Shown here: positions 20,801 through 29,326 of the stretch, one piece after another
How the letters are laid out: each line of letters opens with the position of its first letter
Numbering within the stretch: the first letter of the stretch is position 1
From: Pseudomonadota bacterium
GTDB taxonomy: Bacteria; Pseudomonadota; Gammaproteobacteria; Burkholderiales; Rhodocyclaceae
Reading direction: 5' to 3'
Assembly (NCBI GenBank): GCA_008501585.1
Contig: QQUN01000013.1
Coordinates: 13,739-77,738 of the forward strand
DNA: 64,000 bases
The notes under the pieces: generated by a model
Database searches by the model: none
Told to the model about the DNA's origin: nothing
The model's input: the letters and a program-made list of their open reading frames with translations, nothing else
Translations under genes and position numbers: made by a program

Positions 20801-21924
20801 TCGTCGAGGCGCGGGTCAGCCTCAAGCTGCCGATGGAATCCTTCCGCCCGGAAAACCTCAACCCGCACTGCTTCATGAACTTCCGCGTGCTCGACCCGCA
20901 CGGCCGGGTGCTGGCGCAGTCGCGCAACCTGGCCGAGCTGCGTGGACGCTTCCACGGGCAGATCGCGGCGGCCTTCGAGGCGGCGCGGGTCAAGCCGGCC
21001 GACCTGCCGGCAGCGGCCGAGGACGGATCTGCCGCGGAGCGCGCGACGCCGGACAGCGTGCCGGCCGGCGCGCTCTCCGGGCTCACCGAGTGGTCCTTCG
21101 GCCCGCTGCCCGAGCTGCTCGAACTGAAGGTCGCCGGACGCGAGGTGATCGGCTTCCCGGCGCTGCATGACGACGGCGACAGCGTGTCGCTGCGCCCCTA
21201 CGACACGCCGGAGGAGGCGAGCAAGGTGCATCGCGAGGGCCTGGTGCGCCTGTTCAGCCTGACGCTCAAGGACCAGGTCAAGGCCATCCGCCGCCTGAGC
21301 GGCCTGCGCGAGGTGGCCTTGCGCTTCATCAGCTTTGGCACCGAGGCCGAACTGCAGGACCAGCTCATCGCCGCCACCGTGGCGCGCACCTGCCTGGCCG
21401 AGCCGCTGCCCACTGACGCTGACAGCTTTGCAGCCCGCGCCCAGGCGGCCAAGCCGCGTATGACGCTGATCGCCCAGGAGCTGCTGCGCCTGGTGGATCA
21501 GGTGCTGGTCGAGCGCGCCACGCTGGAGAAGCGCCTCGGCGCGCTGAAGACCTTCCCCGAGGTGGTCGAGGATATCCGCGCCCAGGCCGAGGCGCTGCTG
21601 GTCAAGCGCTTCGCGGTCGACGTGCCCTACGAGCGGCTGGCGCATTTCCCGCGCTATCTCAAGGCGGCGGCGGTGCGCATCGACAAGCTGCGCAATGCCG
21701 CCGACCGCGATGCCACCCTGATGCGCGACTGGCAGTTGCTGGCGCGCCCCTTCGAGCGCGCCCGCCTCGACAGCCTGCGCGCCGGCCAGGCCGACCCCTT
21801 CCTGGAAGAATTCCGCTGGCTGCTCGAGGAGTTGCGGGTGGGGCTGTTTGCGCAGGAACTCAAGACGCCGATGCCGGTCTCGGTAAAGCGCCTGAGCAAG
21901 ATCTGGGACGCCCGGCCGCGCTGA
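17893..21924 (+). CDS. hrpA: ATP-dependent RNA helicase HrpA (DEAH-box)
   Basis: 1343 aa. GETGSGKTTQLPK, IIDEAHERS, TSAT, helicase-associated and OB-fold regions, and the long HrpA-specific C-terminal domain. Confidence 0.95.
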   Translation: MTVSDLRGGDAPADPFALLDRCLLADRHRLQRELRRLKPRPKSLDELPEALRSRLERSAARFAERAASLPRPSFPEALPVSARREEIAAAIRAHQVVIVGGETGSGKTTQLPKLCLELGRGVGGLIGHTQPRRIAARSTAERIAEELGSPLGQAVGYKIRFTDRLGPTSHIKLMTDGILLAETQGDPFLNAYDTLIIDEAHERSLNIDFLLGYLRKLLPKRPDLKIIVTSATLDAERFARHFADAKGRPAPVIEVSGRLYPIEMRYRPPEDEDKSSRRGADAWDGLVDAVDEAQREGPGDVLVFLPGEREIREAAEALRKAHHAAGTEILPLFARLSAQEQSRVFARSTGRRVVLATNVAETSLTVPGIRYVVDTGLARVKRYSARNKVEQLQIEKIAQSAARQRAGRCGRVSDGICFRLYDEADFNQRPDHTDPEILRASLAAVILRMKALGLGAVEDFPFLDAPPPKMIADGYQLLGELGAVDEQPRLTDLGRELSRLPIDPKIGRMILAARDHGCLTEVLVIAAALSVQDPRDRPQAQAGTADQRHALFRGGEQDEKSEFLWYWNLWKAYEEVIRHQSSNKQRQWCKEHFLSPLRMREWRDIHAQLHTLCAEHGWKENTVPAHYDAVHKALLTGLLGHLGCKVEEEQGARGPQAGGYHGARGIKFWPHPGSSLSRKAGKWIVCAELIDTSRLFGRCIARIEPEWLEEVGAHLIKRHVYEPHWSKSAGSVRAWERGTLHGVVLYGRRPVGYRDVDPRLCRELFIREGLVQGNIDEAAARHMPFLKHNLRLVREIERLEHKSRRPDVLVDDALIEAFYDAHLPEEVVDLASFERWRKGAEKSTPKLLHLDRDQLMRHEAEGITTDRFPPHLSVFGQKLKLDYVHAPGEADDGVTLTVPVAMLNQVPAARCEWLVPGLLEEKVHALLRTVPQKHRHRLQPMAESVQAFLAAVEAGEWGTDTPLLKALQQFVEARVSLKLPMESFRPENLNPHCFMNFRVLDPHGRVLAQSRNLAELRGRFHGQIAAAFEAARVKPADLPAAAEDGSAAERATPDSVPAGALSGLTEWSFGPLPELLELKVAGREVIGFPALHDDGDSVSLRPYDTPEEASKVHREGLVRLFSLTLKDQVKAIRRLSGLREVALRFISFGTEAELQDQLIAATVARTCLAEPLPTDADSFAARAQAAKPRMTLIAQELLRLVDQVLVERATLEKRLGALKTFPEVVEDIRAQAEALLVKRFAVDVPYERLAHFPRYLKAAAVRIDKLRNAADRDATLMRDWQLLARPFERARLDSLRAGQADPFLEEFRWLLEELRVGLFAQELKTPMPVSVKRLSKIWDARPR

Positions 21925-22011
21925 GAAGCCTTCTGAGCGCGCGGGAGGCCGGCGTCATGAATTGGATGACGGCGCTACAATGACCCCCGTGTTTTCAAAC
22001 GACAGGCAGGC

Positions 22012-22767
22012 ATGAAGGACATATTTCTGGCCTACGCCCGCGCGGTGAAAAGCCTTACCGAGCGCGGCGTGCTGTGGCATCTGGTGTGGCCCACGCTGGT
22101 GGCGATGGTGGTGTGGCTGATCCTCGGCATCGTGCTGTGGGATCCGATGGTGGCCGGGGTGATGAGCTGGATCGGTCAGTGGGACTGGGTCTCGGCGCGC
22201 CTCGATGGTTCCGAACTGGGGGCGGCGGCGGTACTGGTGCTGGTCAAGATCGCGCTGGCGGTGCTGTTCCTGCCGGTCATCTATGTGACCGCCGCCTTGC
22301 TGGTGGCGGTGATCGCCTTGCCGCTGATGCTCGAAAAGGTCGCCAAGGTCCGCTATGGCGATCTTGAAATGCGCCGAGGCGGCTCCAACACCGGCAGCGC
22401 CATCAATGCGGTGCTGGCGGTGGCGGTGTTCATCGTCGGCATCGTGCTGACCCTGCCGTTCTGGCTGATCCCCGGCGTCGGGCTGGTGGCCTCGATCCTG
22501 CTCACCGCGTGGCTCAACCAGAAGGCCTTCGGCTATGACGCGCTGATGCTCCACGGCGACCGCGAAGAGATGCCGCGCCTGCGCCGCGAGCACCGCACCG
22601 CCTTGCTCGGCCTGGGCACCGGTTGTGCGCTGCTGGCCTACATTCCCTTTGTTAACCTGTTCGCGCCGGCCTTTTGCGGCCTGGCCTTTGTCCACTACCT
22701 GCTCGAGGCGTTGCGCCGCGACCGGTCGGGGCGGGGCTGGGTGATCGCCGACAGCGCGCCCCGTTGA
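22012..22767 (+). CDS. EI24/CysZ-like family membrane protein
   Basis: 251 aa, multi-TM. N-terminus MKDIFLAYARAVKSLTERGVLWHLVWPTLVAMVVWL resembles EI24-domain proteins. Family assignment is from memory only. Confidence 0.65.
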   Translation: MKDIFLAYARAVKSLTERGVLWHLVWPTLVAMVVWLILGIVLWDPMVAGVMSWIGQWDWVSARLDGSELGAAAVLVLVKIALAVLFLPVIYVTAALLVAVIALPLMLEKVAKVRYGDLEMRRGGSNTGSAINAVLAVAVFIVGIVLTLPFWLIPGVGLVASILLTAWLNQKAFGYDALMLHGDREEMPRLRREHRTALLGLGTGCALLAYIPFVNLFAPAFCGLAFVHYLLEALRRDRSGRGWVIADSAPR

Positions 22768-22776
22768 GGAGCTTCC

Positions 22777-23526
22777 ATGGGCTTTGGCGCCATCATCATC
22801 GGCGACGAGATTCTCTCCGGCCGCCGCCAGGACAAGCATCTGGCCAAGCTCATCGAACTGCTCGGCGAGCGCGGACTGAAGCTCGCCTGGGTGCGCTACG
22901 TGACCGACTCGCGCCCCTTCCTGGTCAAGACGCTGCGCGAGACGCTGGCCACCGGCGATGTGGTGTTCAGCTTCGGCGGCATCGGCGCCACGCCCGACGA
23001 CCATACCCGCCAGGCTGCGGCCGAGGCGCTGGGCCTGCCGCTTGAACTGCAGCCTGAGGCGGAGGCCATCATCCGCGGCAAGTTCGGCGACGAGATCACC
23101 GACCATCGACTGCAGATGGGCGTGTATCCGGCGGGCAGCGCGATCATCCCCAACCCCTACAACCAGATCCCTGGCTTCAGCATCGCCAGCCACTACTTCG
23201 TGCCGGGTTTCCCGGTGATGGCCTGGCCGATGGTGGCCTGGGTGCTCGACACCCATTACGCCGCGCTCTTCCATGCCGAAGACTATGTGGAGCAGGCGGT
23301 GACGGTGTGGGAGGCCTATGAAGGCCACCTCATCGACCTGATGGAGCGCATCACGGCCGATTACCCCGAGGTGACGCTGTTCAGCCTGCCGACCTTCGCC
23401 GAGGCCGACCGTCGGCGCAGCCTCGAACTGGGCGTGAAGGGCGCTGCCGCGCGGGTGACGGCGGCGATGGCCGAGATCACCGCCGAGCTGGCACGGCGTG
23501 GCTATACCTGGGACGACAAGGCATGA
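22777..23526 (+). CDS. CinA-like / MoCF-biosynthesis (molybdopterin-binding) domain protein
   Basis: MGFGAIIIGDEILSGRRQDKH...VVFSFGGIGATPDDHT, the MoaB/MogA/CinA N-domain signature. Confidence 0.75.
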   Translation: MGFGAIIIGDEILSGRRQDKHLAKLIELLGERGLKLAWVRYVTDSRPFLVKTLRETLATGDVVFSFGGIGATPDDHTRQAAAEALGLPLELQPEAEAIIRGKFGDEITDHRLQMGVYPAGSAIIPNPYNQIPGFSIASHYFVPGFPVMAWPMVAWVLDTHYAALFHAEDYVEQAVTVWEAYEGHLIDLMERITADYPEVTLFSLPTFAEADRRRSLELGVKGAAARVTAAMAEITAELARRGYTWDDKA

Positions 23527-23578
23527 GGGTGCCCGTCCGGCCGTCCGAAGGGCGCGCCAGCGACAGGCGGGGTGTCCA

Positions 23579-24340
23579 GTGAGCGCTGCGCTGCGCAGCG
23601 AACACCATATCGAGTTGCTCGGCCGGCCGGTCGGCTACCGCCTGCGCCGCTCGGCGCGGCGGACCCTGGCGCTGACTGTCGATGGCCGCGGCCTGTCGGT
23701 GGCCGCGCCGCTGCGCGCGCCGCACGCGGCCGTCGAAGCCTTCCTGCGCGCACACGATCGCTGGGTGCTCGACAAGCTGCGCGTGCTGGCCGAGCGGCCG
23801 CAGGCGGCCCGGCTGGTGGTGGTCGATGGCCTGACGTTTCCGTTGATGGGCGCGCCGTGCCGGCTGACACTGTTGCGTGGGCGTACCGACGTGCGCTGGC
23901 TGGCCGCTGCCGGCGGCGAGCTGGCCGGCCTGCAGTTGCGCAGCACCGCCCGCCAGTCGCCGGCCGAGTGTCTGCGCCGGGCCTTGCAGGCGCGGGCGCT
24001 GGCCTATTTCGAGGGGCGGGTGGCGGAGTTCGCGCTGCGCATTGGCGTGCCGGCGCGGCCGGTGAGCCTGACCCGGGCGCGTACCCGCTGGGGCAGTTGC
24101 TCGGCGCGGGGTATCCGGCTGCACTGGCGGCTGATCCATCTGCCGCCCGAGATCATCGACTATGTGGTGGCGCACGAGGTGGCGCACTGCGTGCACATGG
24201 ACCACTCGCCACGCTTCTGGGCGCTGGTGGGGCAGATGGTGCCCGATCTGGCCGGCGTGCGTGCGCGCTTGCGCCAGCTGGGGCGGACACTGCCGGATTT
24301 CATCGACGCGGCCGATGGGCCGCCGTCATTTCTGGACTGA
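23579..24340 (+). CDS. YgjP-like M48/DUF45 family metal-dependent hydrolase
   Basis: HEVAHCVHMDHSPRFW (HExxH). Track ORF is 23498..24340. I prefer the GTG at 23579 (VSAALRSEHHIELLG...), which avoids a 29-nt overlap. The start is uncertain. Confidence 0.75.
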   Translation: MSAALRSEHHIELLGRPVGYRLRRSARRTLALTVDGRGLSVAAPLRAPHAAVEAFLRAHDRWVLDKLRVLAERPQAARLVVVDGLTFPLMGAPCRLTLLRGRTDVRWLAAAGGELAGLQLRSTARQSPAECLRRALQARALAYFEGRVAEFALRIGVPARPVSLTRARTRWGSCSARGIRLHWRLIHLPPEIIDYVVAHEVAHCVHMDHSPRFWALVGQMVPDLAGVRARLRQLGRTLPDFIDAADGPPSFLD

Positions 24341-24358
24341 CGACACAAGGACTCTCAC

Positions 24359-24742
<384 letters not shown>

Positions 24743-24752
24743 ACCCCGGCGT

Positions 24753-27700
24753 TCAGGCCGCGACGCCGCGCAAGGCCTCGGCGAAGCGGTCGAGCTCGGT
24801 GTTGAAGCGGCCAATGGCCTGATCCAGGTCGGCCGTTTCGCCGTTGCGGCACAGGCTGTCGAGCGCGTTGGCGGCGGCCATGGCGCTGTCGGCCGAGAAA
24901 TTGGCGATGGCGCCCTTGAGGCCGTGGACGGCCAGGTGGATGGCCTGCAGGTCGTCGCTGTCGCAGGCCTCGTCCAGTTGCTGACGCAGAGTCGTCTCGT
25001 CGCTCAGATAGAGCTCGGCCAGTTGCTGCATCAGTTCGTGGTCGCCGCCGAGGTTGGCCAGCAAGGTGTCCTGGTCGAAGGCGGTCAGCGGGCGGGTGGC
25101 GGCTGCGGCGGCGGCTTCGCGGTGCCGCACGCGGACCTCGCCGCTGGCAATGCCAGCCAGCGCTGCGGCCAGCGCGGTGGGCTGGACCGGTTTGGCCACG
25201 TAATCATCCATGCCGGCGGCGAGGCAGCGTTCGCGGTCGCCCGGCATGGCGTGGGCGGTCATGGCGATGACCGGGGTATAGGCGCCACGAGCCGCCTCGC
25301 GCTCGCGCAACATGGCGGTGGCCTCGAAGCCGCCCATCTCGGGCATCTGCACATCCATCAGGATCACGTCGAAGTTGGCGCCCTCGCAGGCGGCCAGCGC
25401 CTCGCGGCCGTTGCTCACCACATGGGTGATGTGGCCGAGCTTTTCGAGCAGGCGCAGGGCCAGCATCTGGTTGACCTTGTTGTCCTCGGCCAGTAGCACA
25501 TTGAGCCGCCGGCGCTGCTCGCGCAGGCTGTGGCGGGTGATCAGCGGGCCGATGCCGTCGGCGCCGACGGCCAGCAAGATGGCGTCGAGCAGGTCGGACG
25601 GTTCGATTGGCCGGCTCAGGTAGGCCTGGATGCCCAGCGCCCGGCAGCGGGCGGCGTCGCCGCGCTGGCCGGCGTTGGCAGTCATCAGGCGGACCGGGCT
25701 GTGTGCGCCGGCTTGCGTGTTGAGCTGCTCGAAGAAGCGGAAGGCGCTCATGTCGCCCAGGTCGGTGTCGGCGACGATGGCGTGGTAGTGCACCTCCGGC
25801 CCCTCGCCGCCGAGCCCGGCCAGCGCCTCGGCGCCGCTGGCGCAGGTGTCGCAGAGCATGTTCCAGCTTTCGATCATGCCGGTGAGGTGGCTGCGGCTGG
25901 CCTCGTTGCCGGCGATGACCAGGATGCGCAGGGCGGTGACATCGGTGTCGATCGGGCGGGTCGGCGCCGGTGCGCGGGCGCGCTCGAAGCGTGCGGTGAA
26001 GCGGAAGATGCTGCCTTCGCCCGGGGTGCTGTCCACCCACAGCCGCCCGTGCATGCTGTTGACCAGCTGGGAGCAGATGGTGAGCCCCAGCCCGGTGCCG
26101 CCGAAGCGGCGGGTGGAGGAGGTGTCGGCCTGGGAGAAGGCTTCGAAGATGAGCCGCTGCTTGTCTTCGGCGATGCCGATGCCGGTGTCTTCGACGGAGA
26201 ACTCCAGCTGGGCACTGTCGGCGCTGCTTTCGGCCAGCCCGACATGGATGGCGATATGCCCGCTCTCGGTGAACTTGAGCGCATTGCCGATGAGATTGAG
26301 CAGGACCTGGCGCAGCCGGTGCGGGTCGCCGACGAGGTGGTCGGGCACGGTGGGGGCGACATGGTAGGTGAAGCGCAGTTGCTTGCGCTCGGCGGCGTCC
26401 TTGAGGGTGCGGTGGCTGAGGGCGATACAGTCGCGCAGACCGAAGCCGATGTGTTCGAAATCGAGCTTGCCGGCTTCGATGCGCGAGAAGTCGAGCAGGT
26501 CGTTGACGATGCTGAGCAGCGAATCGGCGGCATTGCGGGCGAGGGTCAGGTACTCGCGTTGTTCGTCGTCGAGCCGGGTTTCGAGGGCCAGATCGGTCAT
26601 GCCGATGATGGCATTCATCGGGGTGCGGATCTCATGGCTCATGTTGGCCAGGAAATCGCTCTTGGTCTGGTTGGCGGCTTCGGCGAGCGACTTGGCCTCG
26701 CGCAGGACCTGCTCGGATTGCTTGCGGGCGGTGATGTCGGCGGCGGTGCCGGCGTAGCCGAGCAGGGTGCCGTCCGGGGCGTGGCGGGCACGCAGCCGTA
26801 CGACCAGCCACAGCGGCGGGCCGTCGATGGACTTGAGCGCCACGTCGGTGCGCACGGTCTGGCCGTCGTCGGCCGACAGCGTGGCGAGGCTGTGGCGCAG
26901 GGCGCTACGCGCGGCGGCGGGCAGGCGGGCGAGCGCGCGCCGGCCGAGGGCGTCGGCCGGCGCTTGCCCGGTCAGCTGTTGCCAGGCCGGGTTGAGATAG
27001 GTCCAGCGCAGCCGGGCATCGGTCTCGAACACCAGCTCGCTGAGGTTGTCGAGGATGGCGCGGATGCGCTGTTCGTTGGCGCTGAGGGCGGCTTCGATGC
27101 GCTTGCGCTCGCTGATGTCGCGCAGGTAGGCGGTGAAGGCCGGGGTGTCGTCGACATCGACCGGAACGATGGCCAGTTCCGCCGGGAAAGTGTCGCCGCC
27201 GCGGCGCATGGCCCGCACTTCGATCAGGCGGCCCAGGACCGGGCCTTCGCCGGTGGCCAGGTAGTGGGCCATGCCGCGGTTGTGGGCGTCGCGTTGTGCC
27301 GGGGGAATGATCAGCTCGGCGATGGGGTGGCCCAGGGTGTCGTCGCGGGTGTAGCCGAAGCAGCGCTCGGCGGCCGGGTTGAAATCGAGGACGCAGCCGT
27401 TGGCGTCGATGGTGATGATGCTGTCGAGGGCGGCGTCGCTGATGGCGCGCATGCGCTGCCCGCTGGCCTGGTGTTCGCGCCGGGCCTGGTGAATGCGCTG
27501 GTGCGCGCGGTACAGGGCCTCGGTGAGCGGGGCGGTCTCGCGGCTGCTGGCGGTGGGTGTGTCGGGCGGGGTGTCGCCGTCGGACAGGGCCTGGGTGAGC
27601 GCCTCGGCGCGGGCGAGGTCGTCGAGCGGGCGACGCAGTGTCCAGGCGATGGCGGCAAAGACCGCGGCGATGGCGGCGAGGATGAGCAGCGCGGTGCCGA

Positions 27701-28172
27701 GACTGATCCAGGGCGCCGTTGCGGGTGGGTCGAGGCGCAGGTGGACCCAGCCGGTCGGGGCGATCGGCCCGATCGGGGCGCGCAGGTCGTCCGCGGTGCG
27801 GGTGTGGCTGGCGCCGATGGTGGCGTTGGGGTCGGGCGCGAGCGTGCCGCGGGTATTGCGGGTGGCGGCGGCGAGGATCTGATCCTGGCGGTCGGTGACG
27901 ACCAGCTGGCGCAGTTGCGGGAAGCTGTCGAAGGATTCGAGGATGCGGTTGAGGACGGCGGCGTCGTTGGCCGCCACGCCCGGGGCGGTCAGCGTGGCGA
28001 TATGGGTGGCCAGGGCCTGGGCCTGGGTGCGCTGCTGTGCCGCGGCATGGCGCGTGTCGTGCACATGGTTGAGTGCGCTCGCGGCGAGGATGGCGAGGCA
28101 GACCAGTGCGCAGGTCAGCAGGATGAGGCGGTGCTTGAAGGAGGCTGGGCGGCGGGCGGTGTCGGCGGGCAT
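24753..28172 (-). CDS. Hybrid sensor histidine kinase (TM-periplasmic-TM-PAS-PAS-HisKA-HATPase-REC-REC-Hpt)
   Basis: 1139 aa. H-box [17 protein letters not shown], canonical receiver NVLLAEDNKVN...VILMDVQMPEMGG, Hpt LAVHGLKGAIANF. Confidence 0.92.
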   Translation of the reverse strand: MPADTARRPASFKHRLILLTCALVCLAILAASALNHVHDTRHAAAQQRTQAQALATHIATLTAPGVAANDAAVLNRILESFDSFPQLRQLVVTDRQDQILAAATRNTRGTLAPDPNATIGASHTRTADDLRAPIGPIAPTGWVHLRLDPPATAPWISLGTALLILAAIAAVFAAIAWTLRRPLDDLARAEALTQALSDGDTPPDTPTASSRETAPLTEALYRAHQRIHQARREHQASGQRMRAISDAALDSIITIDANGCVLDFNPAAERCFGYTRDDTLGHPIAELIIPPAQRDAHNRGMAHYLATGEGPVLGRLIEVRAMRRGGDTFPAELAIVPVDVDDTPAFTAYLRDISERKRIEAALSANEQRIRAILDNLSELVFETDARLRWTYLNPAWQQLTGQAPADALGRRALARLPAAARSALRHSLATLSADDGQTVRTDVALKSIDGPPLWLVVRLRARHAPDGTLLGYAGTAADITARKQSEQVLREAKSLAEAANQTKSDFLANMSHEIRTPMNAIIGMTDLALETRLDDEQREYLTLARNAADSLLSIVNDLLDFSRIEAGKLDFEHIGFGLRDCIALSHRTLKDAAERKQLRFTYHVAPTVPDHLVGDPHRLRQVLLNLIGNALKFTESGHIAIHVGLAESSADSAQLEFSVEDTGIGIAEDKQRLIFEAFSQADTSSTRRFGGTGLGLTICSQLVNSMHGRLWVDSTPGEGSIFRFTARFERARAPAPTRPIDTDVTALRILVIAGNEASRSHLTGMIESWNMLCDTCASGAEALAGLGGEGPEVHYHAIVADTDLGDMSAFRFFEQLNTQAGAHSPVRLMTANAGQRGDAARCRALGIQAYLSRPIEPSDLLDAILLAVGADGIGPLITRHSLREQRRRLNVLLAEDNKVNQMLALRLLEKLGHITHVVSNGREALAACEGANFDVILMDVQMPEMGGFEATAMLREREAARGAYTPVIAMTAHAMPGDRERCLAAGMDDYVAKPVQPTALAAALAGIASGEVRVRHREAAAAAATRPLTAFDQDTLLANLGGDHELMQQLAELYLSDETTLRQQLDEACDSDDLQAIHLAVHGLKGAIANFSADSAMAAANALDSLCRNGETADLDQAIGRFNTELDRFAEALRGVAA

Positions 28173-28204
28173 TGGGGGGCGGTTTCGGCGGCGGGTCGAG
28201 AGGG

Positions 28205-29272
28205 CTACAGGGCGGTGGGTTCCTGGTCCTGGAAGCGTTGCCGGATGTCGAGGACGGCGTCCCAGTGTTCGAGCAGGGCGTCGACACAGCTGGGGTCGAA
28301 GTGCTGGCCACGGCCGTCGCGCAGGAAGGCGGTGGCGTCATCGAGTGGCCAGGCGGGCTTGTAGGGGCGGGCCGAGGTGAGGGCGTCGAAGACGTCGGCC
28401 ACGGCAACGATGCGCCCTTCGAGGGGAATGGCCTCGCCGGCGGTGCCGTAGGGGTAGCCGGTACCGTCGAATTTTTCGTGGTGGGTCAGGGCGATGATGG
28501 CGGCGGTCTGGATGACCGGGGAGGTGGAGTCCTTGAGAATGTCGTGGCCGATCAGCGGGTGGCGCTTCATCTGCTCGAACTCGTCGGGCGTGAGCCGGCC
28601 GGGTTTCATGAGGATGTGGTCGGGGATGCCGAGCTTGCCGACGTCGTGCATCGGTGCGGCATGCAGCAGGCGGTCGGCATAGGCGTCGCCGTGGCCCAGC
28701 TGGCGGGCGATGAGCGCCGAGTAGTGGGCCATGCGCAGGATGTGGGCCCCGGTCTCGGGGTCGCGGAACTCGGCGGCGCGGGCCAGTCGGGTGACGGTTT
28801 CCTGCTCGCGGTCGTGGATCTGCGCGGTGGCTTCGGCGATTTCGGCCTCCAGCGTGCGGGCGCGGGCGCGGGTGGCCAGGTGGGCGCGGCGCAGGGCGAG
28901 CATGTTGTGTACGCGCGGCTGGAATTCGTTGCGGTCGACCGGCTTGTTGAGAAAGTCGGTGGCACCCGACTGGAGGGCATCGTAGCGGGTCTGGCGCTCG
29001 TGGTCGGCGGTCACCATCAGAATCGGCACGTCGTTGCGCTCCGGCGTGGCACGGATGCGGCGGATGAATTCGACGCCATCGAGCCCGGGCATCATGTAGT
29101 CGACGACGATCAGGTCCGGCTCGTTGGCCTGGCACCAGGCCAGCCCGGCCAGCGGGTCGATGAAGGGGACCGGCTCGCAATCGGACAGTTTGCCGACGAG
29201 CGCCTGCATCAGGGTCAGGTTGAGCGGGGTGTCGTCGATGATGACAATTTTCATGATGGCGTGATTCCGCAC
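28205..29272 (-). CDS. Response regulator REC-HD-GYP (RpfG-like c-di-GMP phosphodiesterase)
   Basis: REC (MKIVIIDDTPLN...LIVVDYMMPGLDG...NKP), then HDVGK ... HHEKFDGTGYPYG. Confidence 0.92.
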   Translation of the reverse strand: MRNHAIMKIVIIDDTPLNLTLMQALVGKLSDCEPVPFIDPLAGLAWCQANEPDLIVVDYMMPGLDGVEFIRRIRATPERNDVPILMVTADHERQTRYDALQSGATDFLNKPVDRNEFQPRVHNMLALRRAHLATRARARTLEAEIAEATAQIHDREQETVTRLARAAEFRDPETGAHILRMAHYSALIARQLGHGDAYADRLLHAAPMHDVGKLGIPDHILMKPGRLTPDEFEQMKRHPLIGHDILKDSTSPVIQTAAIIALTHHEKFDGTGYPYGTAGEAIPLEGRIVAVADVFDALTSARPYKPAWPLDDATAFLRDGRGQHFDPSCVDALLEHWDAVLDIRQRFQDQEPTAL

Positions 29273-29326
29273 GGGGGCGTCAAAAGCTTATCGGCACATC
29301 GGGCCGCCGAGTTGAGGGTGTCACGC

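Noticed and set aside
17866-21645. 1259-aa ORF on the minus strand, plus similar giants: 53768..56422 (-), 25530..28364 (+), 8598..10652 (-), 11519..13906 (-), 13713..16058 (-), 45532..47799 (+), 48351..50324 (-), 32043..34112 (+), 4462..6285 (+), 628..2202 (+), 57422..58555 (-), 59556..61175 (-)
   Set aside because: Each lies antisense to a gene with unmistakable family motifs (hrpA, maeB, kinases, TBDR, leuS, uvrD, rpoD, glnS and others). Their translations are low-complexity Gly/Ala/Arg/His/Asp/Pro strings with no motifs. Long stop-free antisense frames are the expected by-product of high GC3 codon usage.
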